Of a DNA stretch of 59,395 nucleotides, positions 1 through 8,208 are shown piece after piece. The notes below the pieces were generated by a model, which worked only from the letters and a program-made list of their open reading frames with translations, did no database searches and was not told the origin of the DNA. How positions within the stretch are numbered: position 1 is the stretch's first letter; each line of letters begins with the position of its first letter. The translations under genes were made by a program, and so were the position numbers. The stretch is from a virus (Duplodnaviria; Caudoviricetes). The stretch lies in the IMG/VR virus record IMGVR_UViG_3300046693_000004, positions 1 to 59,395 of that record; one strand, 5' to 3'.

Positions 1-103
1 CTACTAATCTGCATTCCTTTACCATAAACAAATTCAACTTCATATAAAGAGCCATCATCTAACACTATTACACATTTTCCTTTATACATAAAGCATTGTA
101 ATA

Positions 104-316
104 TCATGGTTGATACAATCCCTTACTATTCTTAATATGAATTGCATAATGCTTACCTGCACTTTCAGCATTAGTGAATGCCTCAAAATCTCTATGCGAA
201 CAATCACCATAGCTGTAGGTCTTACCATTCTGAAAAATAATGTGCATTACATTCTTTTCATCATCATGTTCGCATGACTTAAGAAAGGAGTGGTCGGAGA
301 AATGGTGAGTTTTCAT
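104..316 (-). CDS. KTSC domain protein
   Basis: 70 aa; pattern S-x-x-HD...MHIIFQNGKTYSY...FEAFTNAESAGKHYAIHIK typical of KTSC. Confidence 0.85.
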   Translation of the reverse strand: MKTHHFSDHSFLKSCEHDDEKNVMHIIFQNGKTYSYGDCSHRDFEAFTNAESAGKHYAIHIKNSKGLYQP

Positions 317-499
317 GATTCTAACCTTTTGTAAAATTCATACACATTTGTTTCAGGTTCACATTTAACGAGTACATTAGTAAACCAATTTTGTACATAT
401 CGATAGCGCAACATTCCTTCTTCCATGTCGCTGCACTCTTTCATTTCCTTAAGAGCTATTACAATCGCTTCTTCTAACTTAGTCATTCTAACTCCTATT

Positions 500-576
500 T
501 GGTGCCCGTGGTCAGATTCGAACTGACAAACACAAAATTTTAAGTTTTGCTGCGTGACCAGTTAGCATACACGGGC
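500..576 (-). tRNA. tRNA-Leu(TAA), short variable arm
   Basis: Reverse complement folds as GCCCGTG/CACGGGC acceptor, TGC/GCA D stem, CAAAA-CT-TAA-AA-TTTTG anticodon arm, 5-nt variable loop, GTCAG-TTCGAAT-CTGAC T arm, A73 and encoded CCA. Confidence 0.92.
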
Positions 577-581
577 AATTT

Positions 582-836
582 TTATCTCTTCCAATGCTCT
601 ATTTCAACATGAAAGCCCATCATTTCAAACTTGTCAATATTAAATTTAGATTGCATATTCAAATCATAAAATATTTCCTTACAATCCATTTTCAATCCAG
701 CTTTGAAATGCTCACTATCACGTTGATTTGCAAATGTTAACTTCATAGTCATAGGGCCAATAACATGATATCTATCGGCAAATCTACGTATGAATTGTAG
801 ACCATTCACAAAGTCGTCATTCCAATCGGTTCTCAT
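582..836 (-). CDS. hypothetical protein
   Basis: 84 aa ORF coupled (ATGA overlap) to the upstream ORF. Confidence 0.6.
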   Translation of the reverse strand: MRTDWNDDFVNGLQFIRRFADRYHVIGPMTMKLTFANQRDSEHFKAGLKMDCKEIFYDLNMQSKFNIDKFEMMGFHVEIEHWKR

Positions 837-1090
837 TTAAAATGCCTCTCCCAATCACTAACCGACATTATCTCAGTTGATCTACCATTATTCAAACACC
901 AGAAGCTAACTTTTCCAACGAATTGTCGATCTTCTTTCTTACCATAGTCTAACCTAAACTCACGCTCAATCACATCTTTATCTAAATTGTGAATGATTAA
1001 GACTACAGCTTTGTGAGTAATGAAAGCACTTAGCTTGTTATCCCAAGGACCAGACTTAGCTACATCAATGTCTTGATTTATTTCTGTCAT
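833..1090 (-). CDS. hypothetical protein
   Basis: 85 aa ORF in the minus-strand operon. Confidence 0.6.
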   Translation of the reverse strand: MTEINQDIDVAKSGPWDNKLSAFITHKAVVLIIHNLDKDVIEREFRLDYGKKEDRQFVGKVSFWCLNNGRSTEIMSVSDWERHFK

Positions 1091-1189
1091 TCTTATTTAC
1101 CTATTGTTATTATTAGTTATTCTAACACCAAGGGGTAGAGCCATCAATTGCCCTACCCCTTAGCCCCGTCCAATTATCAGGTACTTAAA

Positions 1190-1837
1190 TCAGACTTCGC
1201 GTGCAATCAATGCACCGTCATCAGGAGCAGTCCAATTACCCAACACCTGACCCTTAGTAATCGGCCGCAAGACAAACTTACGCACCGGCTTACGAATGGG
1301 ACGAGTAACGGTTTCCTTGATCTTATTACCAGCGGCATCAAGTTCTGCCTTGTTACCCTTACCACGCTTGGTAACTTCAACAGTTTCAGTCTCGCCAGTA
1401 GCTTCACTGTACTTATGGTTCTGAGCACTAACCGTTGACTGCAACTTCTTAGCAGCATCAGCCTTATCGGAATTGGGCACGAAAAATGAACCGCCAACAG
1501 GCATATCAGCAAACGGATAGACAGTAGGAGCACCAGCGCCCTTACGATTACCGCGATTAGACGCAGGAACCGGAATATCAGTCATAATACCATACATAGG
1601 CTTACCTTTATTTTCTTCAGTTGGATTTGAAATATTTTTCAAGTATGCGATACCAGCATCGGTAACACGAGCCAATGCCTTGCCTTCAACAATATCAGCA
1701 GTATTAACTTCAATCAAGCCTTCAAGTGAAGCTGCTTCATTCTGCGTAACGCGATAAGCAGCCGTTTCAGGAGCCGACGCAATAGCAGTCAGCAAAACAA
1801 CATTCACAGAGCTAGACTTAGCGGGCTTCTTAGCCAT
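1190..1837 (-). CDS. putative DNA-binding protein (YPF..VG.SF family)
   Basis: Motif YPFADMPVGGSFFVP; basic C-terminus; AAGGAA RBS; upstream TTGACA promoter; downstream hairpin at about 1130-1165. Confidence 0.6.
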   Translation of the reverse strand: MAKKPAKSSSVNVVLLTAIASAPETAAYRVTQNEAASLEGLIEVNTADIVEGKALARVTDAGIAYLKNISNPTEENKGKPMYGIMTDIPVPASNRGNRKGAGAPTVYPFADMPVGGSFFVPNSDKADAAKKLQSTVSAQNHKYSEATGETETVEVTKRGKGNKAELDAAGNKIKETVTRPIRKPVRKFVLRPITKGQVLGNWTAPDDGALIAREV

Positions 1838-2261
1838 TTCAAGTTTCCTTTTTGTTTGTTCTAAATTCGTTCGTCATTGAACGCTTGCATTAACAACATC
1901 AAGATAAGGGATTGGTTTCAGGTGTCAACCTACTTTTTGAAAATTTCTTTCATGTTGTTATAGAAGCTCATTTCGATAGCCGCCTCTTGCAACGGTGTAA
2001 GAACATACTCACCGGGGCACGGACCAGCTAAATCATAATCATGCCCACAAACTTGACAGAACGTCACATTCTTGTACGCATCATCGCGATATGTCGATAG
2101 TTTGTGGGCATATGGCATTAAACAACACTCTTGTGTAAATAATTTCCAGCTAGAGGCAGTATTGCAGCAATAAACATAGCAGGATGCATCATTACACCAG
2201 TTACTAAACATACTCCAAACATTGTCCCCCACATAAAACCCATCGTACGTGAATAATTCAT

Positions 2262-2459
2262 TTATTTCCAGCCTTTCGCAGCATCTATGTCAAGTGCTCT
2301 ATCAATAGCTGACATTTCTTCTTTAACTTGGTAGCTGCCGTCATTGGTATTTAAATAAGAACTAGCGCCATTTTCATCACTAGGTCCGTAGGCTTCTACA
2401 GCATTTGAATTAATTCTGATAGGTTCATTGTTCGGCATTTGGGTTAGTTTTAGCCACAT
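2262..2459 (-). CDS. FlbD-like small protein
   Basis: MWLKLT...PIRINSNAVE...YQVKE..SAI pattern resembles FlbD-type small beta proteins. Confidence 0.4.
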   Translation of the reverse strand: MWLKLTQMPNNEPIRINSNAVEAYGPSDENGASSYLNTNDGSYQVKEEMSAIDRALDIDAAKGWK

Positions 2460-2561
2460 ATTTCAGCCCCTATAGATTGTTGCTAGTCGCGAATGATGCA
2501 TCACTCCACTAGCATTATGCCTAGCCTAGCCATTAGGGGAAGCACAACAGCTAAATTAAAA

Positions 2562-2813
2562 TTATTCCTTCTTTTCAGGTGCTTCCTTCGGCACTGGAAT
2601 AGCATCAGGCGCCTTAGCTTGCTGTGCTGTAAATTGCTCGCGTAGCTTCTGCAACAGCGGTACAACATCTTTGTAGGGTTGGGTTTCCAATCCCTTAGCA
2701 ATTACATCCACTTCAGCAGGAGTAACCTTGAATGTAAATTCGCTAGGCTGCTGTGCATAAACAGGAACAACAAAAGCAGCAATGAAAGCGATAGGCCAGA
2801 TAAGTTTATGCAT
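2562..2813 (-). CDS. small secreted protein (Sec signal) with a helical-hairpin phage domain
   Basis: Start moved to MHKLIWPIAFIAAFVVPVYA|QQ after AAGGAA RBS; mature part FKVTPAEVDVIAKGLETQPYKDVVPLLQKLREQ. Confidence 0.7.
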   Translation of the reverse strand: MHKLIWPIAFIAAFVVPVYAQQPSEFTFKVTPAEVDVIAKGLETQPYKDVVPLLQKLREQFTAQQAKAPDAIPVPKEAPEKKE

Positions 2814-3530
2814 TTTTAGTTTCCTTTTCGTTACAAATAACGATAACAAGAGATGTCCAAACAGGCTCATTATCAGTAAGAATTTTTACAGCCTCGTCAA
2901 TACTGTTCATTTCCATATCAATTTCATATTCGTGTTTGTCTGTGTTAACAGTTAAATGAATTTTCATTCCTTTAGCTCCATTGGATACATTTTCATTAGC
3001 ACATTCAGCGGCAATGCGCGTTCAATCTCTACCTTGAATACCACATCACTGTCAACATTCTTTCCATGTCCATCAGTCTTAAGCTGATGCTGAATTGATG
3101 GACACAAGCGACCATTGACTTTTGTGTAGAGGAACATCATTCGTCGTCTTCTTCCTCTTCATTTTCAGCTTCATAGCAGTCATCGCAGATAAAATCTTCA
3201 TAGCAGCAGTTATCATCGTCAATAAGTTCACAGCCGCACTTGCAGCATTTGTCTGTTTCTTTCATGTCATCACCATTTGTAATGTGATTACAATAAGCCA
3301 GATTGAGCCGATAACGCAAATGCCTTTGGCTGCTTCAGCTATCATAACCGTAATCCATGATCGCAATTTTAAACTTATCTCTGCGAGGTGAGCTAATTTT
3401 AAGTCTAATAAAAGACCAAATTAGCCCCCACGTAAGATTGTAAACAGGTTTTGGTGAGCTACTGAGATATAAACCACCATCCCAATAACCGTCAATGGGG
3501 CTATCAGTGTGGTAAGGCGGTGCTTTCATA

Positions 3531-3686
3531 TCACTTCCCATTAATACGATTGTTAAGATTGACAATCCTAGTTGCACTCATACTGTCCCTAGGATGCCGT
3601 TCAAGGTGCTCTTTAATTCCAACAACAGCACGATGCAACTTGGCGATTGAGCGCGGCTTAGCAGTGTTCTTCTTTTTCGTGGTCAT
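3531..3686 (-). CDS. small basic protein resembling the ribosomal uS15 (S15/S13) RNA-binding helices
   Basis: 51 aa; KLHRAVVGIKEHLERHPRDSMSATRIVNLNNRI aligns without gaps to the uS15 H-x3-[HN]-x2-D segment. Confidence 0.45.
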   Translation of the reverse strand: MTTKKKNTAKPRSIAKLHRAVVGIKEHLERHPRDSMSATRIVNLNNRINGK

Positions 3687-3690
3687 TCTA

Positions 3691-4008
3691 TTAACTCGCA
3701 AACTTAACTGATGCATCCATAGCAGGTGATGGCTTACTAACCCAATACTTCTCAACAGCGTCCTTAGCTTCCTTCAAACCAGTACCAGTAAGAGTACGGT
3801 AAGACTTAATTGCCTCAATCTTAAGACAGCCGCCATTCATAAGGCGCATAAGATTATTAATCTCTTCTTCAGTAGCAGAAACCTTAGCTGGCTCAAAACA
3901 AGCATTCACCAAATTACCAATATCTTCAACCTGATAGCTATCATAGCTATCATTCTTCCTGAGTGACGTAAGATACGAAATCAGGACTGCAAACTTAATA
4001 TTATTCAT
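3691..4008 (-). CDS. protein with a ribosomal L7/L12 C-terminal-like domain
   Basis: KIEAIKSYRTLTGTGLKEAKDAVE matches the bL12 CTD signature. Confidence 0.85.
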   Translation of the reverse strand: MNNIKFAVLISYLTSLRKNDSYDSYQVEDIGNLVNACFEPAKVSATEEEINNLMRLMNGGCLKIEAIKSYRTLTGTGLKEAKDAVEKYWVSKPSPAMDASVKFAS

Positions 4009-4113
4009 CTTTCATTCTCCATTCATGTTCATTTGTGGGTATTGACTGGCGGGAAGCTATCGGAGTGAACCTACACACTTCCCGCCGCATGGTTAGGTGC
4101 ACCTAGAGCCATG

Positions 4114-4908
4114 TCACAGTTTAAACGCTTCCTTAACCTTATCAAACCATTCTGTAGGCATTCTGATAACCACTTCGGTTGGGTCATCGTCATCAACGCT
4201 AGCATACTCGAATGCCTCTAGCAATAGCTTTTTATGATTTACTTTATTCAACCCCTCAACATCACCCGGTTTAAGTTTCTTGCCGGTCTTCTTAGCCTTC
4301 TCTAGCCCCTCGCGCAATGCCTGTTCAGCCGCGCTGCCAAGCTCTTTGGTGGCTTCCAGCACCAGCGAAGCACTCGCCTGCCCATTCAAAACCGCGTCCT
4401 TACCGACTTTCCCAATTGTGTTGTGCTCAAGAATGCGAATGACTTGAGCTTTAGAGATAAGACACTTAAGCGCAATCTGTTCTTCAGTCAATCCCATTTC
4501 CAACAGCCGCATAAAGTGTTTTGCATCTTCAAACACACTGAAAGGCTTAGACGAATTACGCAGGCGTTGATTAATCAATTCATCTTCAGGACTTGCATAA
4601 CGATCTTCAGCGCGAACAGGCACCAGCTTGATATCATGACCGCGCGAGATAGCCAGAAGCGCAGCTTTGTGACGACACTCACCATCACGAATGAATGCCT
4701 CACCATCTTGCCACTTAACGATAATCGGCTGCTTGACGCCACCTACAGCAATAATATTAGCGCAAAGGTCTTCAATGTATTGGGAATTTTCAGGATCATT
4801 AAAATCCCGGCTATTCCAGCCATCTTGAACCTTGAGCTTACGAGGATCAATCATATGACCTTCAAAGCCACGTTCGGCGATTGAAGCAAGTCCAGTTGTT
4901 TTAGCCAT
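4114..4908 (-). CDS. ParB/Srx-like N-terminal domain protein with HTH
   Basis: WNSRDF...GVKQPIIV...IRDGECRHKAA ParB-box-like motif, then HTH region (GLTEEQIALKCLISKAQV). Confidence 0.8.
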   Translation of the reverse strand: MAKTTGLASIAERGFEGHMIDPRKLKVQDGWNSRDFNDPENSQYIEDLCANIIAVGGVKQPIIVKWQDGEAFIRDGECRHKAALLAISRGHDIKLVPVRAEDRYASPEDELINQRLRNSSKPFSVFEDAKHFMRLLEMGLTEEQIALKCLISKAQVIRILEHNTIGKVGKDAVLNGQASASLVLEATKELGSAAEQALREGLEKAKKTGKKLKPGDVEGLNKVNHKKLLLEAFEYASVDDDDPTEVVIRMPTEWFDKVKEAFKL

Positions 4909-4961
4909 GTTAGCTCCCCTTTAGAGTGGTTAGGGTAGCATTTGCGCTACCCACAGATTAA

Positions 4962-5174
4962 TTAATGTAGTTGGTTCCAAGTTTTGTGCCCATCTGCAAA
5001 TTCTACAAGAGCACTACCGCGCCAGCCCCAATTACGTTTAGCACAGCTTTCATGTGAAAAACCAATAATAGTCGCTGTTTCTGACTTTGATACGTATTCG
5101 CCGCGCTTTGTAGGGTGAGGTTCTGCACGAAAACCAGTGATGACATCACCATAATTATAGGACTTGTTAGACAT
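4962..5174 (-). CDS. hypothetical protein
   Basis: 70 aa, AGGGGAAG RBS, downstream of a TTGACA promoter. Confidence 0.6.
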   Translation of the reverse strand: MSNKSYNYGDVITGFRAEPHPTKRGEYVSKSETATIIGFSHESCAKRNWGWRGSALVEFADGHKTWNQLH

Positions 5175-5329
5175 CTTACTTCCCCTCTAGGTGCAATGGT
5201 TGGAGGGGCGTTACCCCTCCTGTTGCCATTGTCTTACCCCTGTGTTGCTCGTCTTCAGTGACTACACATTAGCACAGCCATAACCTATGTCAATCCAACT
5301 TGCGATAATTATATTGCTATTTGCACCCC

Positions 5330-5677
5330 CTATTTTGTAATTTTATGTCGCTCCATATATTCATATAAACCATCAAGCCTTTCACTTTCTATTTCAAGAT
5401 GACCTAGAGTAGTATTGCAACCATTACAAAGCAATTCTCTTACTTTTCCAGTAGTGTGACAATGATCTACTGCTATTTTACTTATTTGACTCCAATTCAA
5501 ATATTTATTACACTTTAGATTACCACACTTCCAATTTTGTTTCTTGGCCATTTCAAGTTTTTGTTCTGGTGTAATTCCATAGGCATGTTTTAAAGATTAC
5601 CTATACTGATATTCTCTAGCTTTTGCATTTAATTTTCTTGTATGCTCAATACGCTCTTGCAATGTTCTAGATACCAT
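5330..5677 (-). pseudogene. Endonuclease VII-type HNH nuclease with an in-frame TAA at 5597-5599
   Basis: GGAGGA then MVSRT...YQYR*SLKHAYGITPEQKLEMAKKQNWKC...VDHCHTTGKVRELLCNGCN; the YGIT..Q motif lies upstream of the called 73-aa ORF, in the same frame. Confidence 0.8.
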
Positions 5678-5756
5678 AAATCCTCCATAACAAAATTACC
5701 CGCCTATGCTGCATTGCAACATAAACGGGTAATTGAGTAATGATTAAACTATAGTT

Positions 5757-6266
5757 CTATTTATTTTCTACATATTTCAAAAGCTTTTCTAGCATCTTAA
5801 AATGCTCACCAATAATACTAAAAGCTTCCTCTTTAGAATACGGCTTAACACGACAATCATCAATATATTTGCGAGCTTCAATGACAATTAAATCAGGAAC
5901 AGGATTAACCCAACTCTTCCACTTAATTTCACCACCTACCCATAAAACAAGTCCTTCTGGCCATTGTTCAAGGCGGATTATACCGTATCTATCAGCTACA
6001 CCTTTCACATATCCATTAGGTAAATCAATTCTTTCATTATCTAGCTCAAATATTTTTCGAATTTGCTCCTTCTTCGGCTCATCAAACTTAAGCAGTCCGA
6101 GTGCAGCTAGTACATCAATAATGCTGCCACTTGTAGACATAGGAGCGCCATAAGCTTTACTAGCAATCTTAACAGCCTCTTCTCTCGTCATTTTAGGTTG
6201 TTCCTTTTTGAAATACTCTTCATATTGTTTATCAATTTTATTTATCCAATCTTGCGAGTTCTTCAT
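5757..6266 (-). CDS. hypothetical protein
   Basis: ORF with GAGGGG RBS before MKNSQ. Confidence 0.6.
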   Translation of the reverse strand: MKNSQDWINKIDKQYEEYFKKEQPKMTREEAVKIASKAYGAPMSTSGSIIDVLAALGLLKFDEPKKEQIRKIFELDNERIDLPNGYVKGVADRYGIIRLEQWPEGLVLWVGGEIKWKSWVNPVPDLIVIEARKYIDDCRVKPYSKEEAFSIIGEHFKMLEKLLKYVENK

Positions 6267-6270
6267 TCCT

Positions 6271-6690
6271 TTACCCCTCCGACAAATATTCCACAATCGT
6301 CTTCACTGCGTCTTCCCAACCATAACACACCTTTACAGCATAACCTTGTGAAGTTAGAAAAGTCAACCATTCGCGTTGGTCATCAGCTACACCACCATTC
6401 TTTTCTGTTCGCCGCTTAGGAATTTTAAGCTCAATGTATAGACCGCAGTATAATATTCCATTTCCTATGCGTTGTATAACTATCGGCAAACAAATATCAG
6501 GCACACCATTCTTTAACCCTGCTGCCTTCTCTTTACCCTTCTGACCACTAGTAGAGAAGAAGCCATTAGCACTAGAAAATAGCCATTTAGTTAATGGATA
6601 TTTAGCAGCATTAATTTGGAAATAGCAGAAAATTGCTGCCTGATGCCCATGCTCAGTACCAGAAGCGGCAAGCTGTTCAGGAGATATCAT
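6271..6690 (-). CDS. VRR-NUC domain nuclease
   Basis: TEHGHQ...GLKNGVPDICLP...GLYIELK...QREWL...GYAVKV. Confidence 0.9.
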   Translation of the reverse strand: MISPEQLAASGTEHGHQAAIFCYFQINAAKYPLTKWLFSSANGFFSTSGQKGKEKAAGLKNGVPDICLPIVIQRIGNGILYCGLYIELKIPKRRTEKNGGVADDQREWLTFLTSQGYAVKVCYGWEDAVKTIVEYLSEG

Positions 6691-7208
6691 TCCTCCCCAT
6701 CCTCTTCTAATGAATTAGTAGCTGATTCGAGTATGTCTAGCATGTCATTCTTTGGTAAGTCCTTGCGCCATTCTTTAATCAGCTTAGCAAGTTCAATTTC
6801 AAATGCTTCTTTATCAGTCATGTCATAAAACCCTTTACTGCATATTTATTTCCAACATAATTATACATCTTCTCTTTTTCATACTTTGGCTTAGGCTCTT
6901 TCATCTTAACATGAATGCGATATTTTACTTGTTTCGTTTTATAAGCTCCTTTATTCCAATCAATACAATTATTTTTACTATCATATAGGGCGCTACATCC
7001 CCATTCATAAACATTCACCCAATATTCTTTCATTGTTTATTTCCATATCTTTTATGATAGCTAGCCCAACGCTTAGCTTCATCCTTTTCAAATAAGCTAT
7101 GTTGGCAACAAGAAAAATCAGGGCAATATTCATCATCAATTAAATTATGATAGCATCTTCCTTGCGCCCAAGCAAGAGTTTGAGCTTTAACCCGCTCTTG
7201 ATAGCTAT

Positions 7209-7340
7209 TCATTTTCCCTTAGCTTTCCTCTTAACCGAATACGCAATTGCAACTGCTTGTTTAACTGGCTTACCAGCTTTCACTTCAGCTTTGATATTAG
7301 ATTTAAAAGCCTTTTGAGAAGCTGATTTCTTAAGTGGCAT
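7209..7340 (-). CDS. small basic phage protein
   Basis: MPLKKSASQKAFKSNIKAEVKAGKPVKQAVAIAYS, a common phage mini-protein; AAGGAG RBS. Confidence 0.75.
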   Translation of the reverse strand: MPLKKSASQKAFKSNIKAEVKAGKPVKQAVAIAYSVKRKAKGK

Positions 7341-7574
7341 AATATTATACTCCTTTGGATATTGTGAATAACCTTCGGCTAAATATTTTCCCATATGAAT
7401 CCAATAAAATTCATTCATTCTTCCATCTTCGTATAAAGAGGAATTAAATTTCTAATAGCTGCTTCTGGAACACAAGGTTTAGAAAAAGTTACATAGCGTG
7501 TCCAGCATGAATATTTTTCCTTAGCATCTTTATCATAAAAACTTGCTAATTCATACATCCAAGCAACAGGAATA

Positions 7575-7859
7575 TTATTCGTCATTCTCTATTCCCCACT
7601 CAATATACTGTCTAACTTTTTCAGAAGCACTAACACCATCACGAGCAGCTACAGCTTTCACCTTATCCCATTCCTCACTCGAAATAGCAATAGACTGACG
7701 AGTGTCATATTGCTTTACAGGGCCACCGCGACCAAGTTTATTTATTGTCCAACCATTATTGCGACGACCAAGAGAATCAAGTTTAACACCCTGCTCCTTT
7801 AATCTTGCTTGTTGCCCATACCACAATTCGTCATCATGAGCACTACCCATTTTTAACAC
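7575..7859 (-). CDS. ribbon-helix-helix (CopG/Arc-like) DNA-binding protein
   Basis: C-terminal RQSIAISSEEWDKVKAVAARDGVSASEKVRQYIE. Confidence 0.65.
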   Translation of the reverse strand: MLKMGSAHDDELWYGQQARLKEQGVKLDSLGRRNNGWTINKLGRGGPVKQYDTRQSIAISSEEWDKVKAVAARDGVSASEKVRQYIEWGIENDE

Positions 7860-8208
7860 CTAAAAATCTATTCAAACCACTTCTATCAGTCTCGTAACGA
7901 GCTAAACCATGCTTTTTACCCAATTGACTAACAAATCCAGCACTAACACCATACTGCCCACAAATATCTTTCTGCGGTACTCCAGCCTTAAGCTTAGCAA
8001 TAATTACAGCACGAGTATCATCACTAATCAATTGTTTAGGACGCTTAGGCAAGCTAAATTGTCTAGCATAACGTAATACAGTTGTTCTGCTCATATCAAA
8101 TGCTGCTGCTATTTCTTCAACATTCTGACCACTTTCATATTTATTTAACATTTGTGTTGTGCGCTCAAAGCGGCGCATATGGTCAACTTGAACAGATAAG
8201 AAGCGCAT
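7843..8208 (-). CDS. tandem HTH DNA-binding protein
   Basis: Two HTH-like segments: VEEIAAAFDMSRTTVLRY and QKDICGQYGVSAGFVSQL. Confidence 0.75.
   Translation of the reverse strand: MRFLSVQVDHMRRFERTTQMLNKYESGQNVEEIAAAFDMSRTTVLRYARQFSLPKRPKQLISDDTRAVIIAKLKAGVPQKDICGQYGVSAGFVSQLGKKHGLARYETDRSGLNRFLGVKNG

Noticed and set aside
500-576. tRNA as an ochre suppressor explaining the TAA in the EndoVII gene, or stop-codon reassignment
   Set aside because: Anticodon TAA reads TTA (Leu); a UAA suppressor would need anticodon TTA. TAA, TAG and TGA all end long conserved genes normally.
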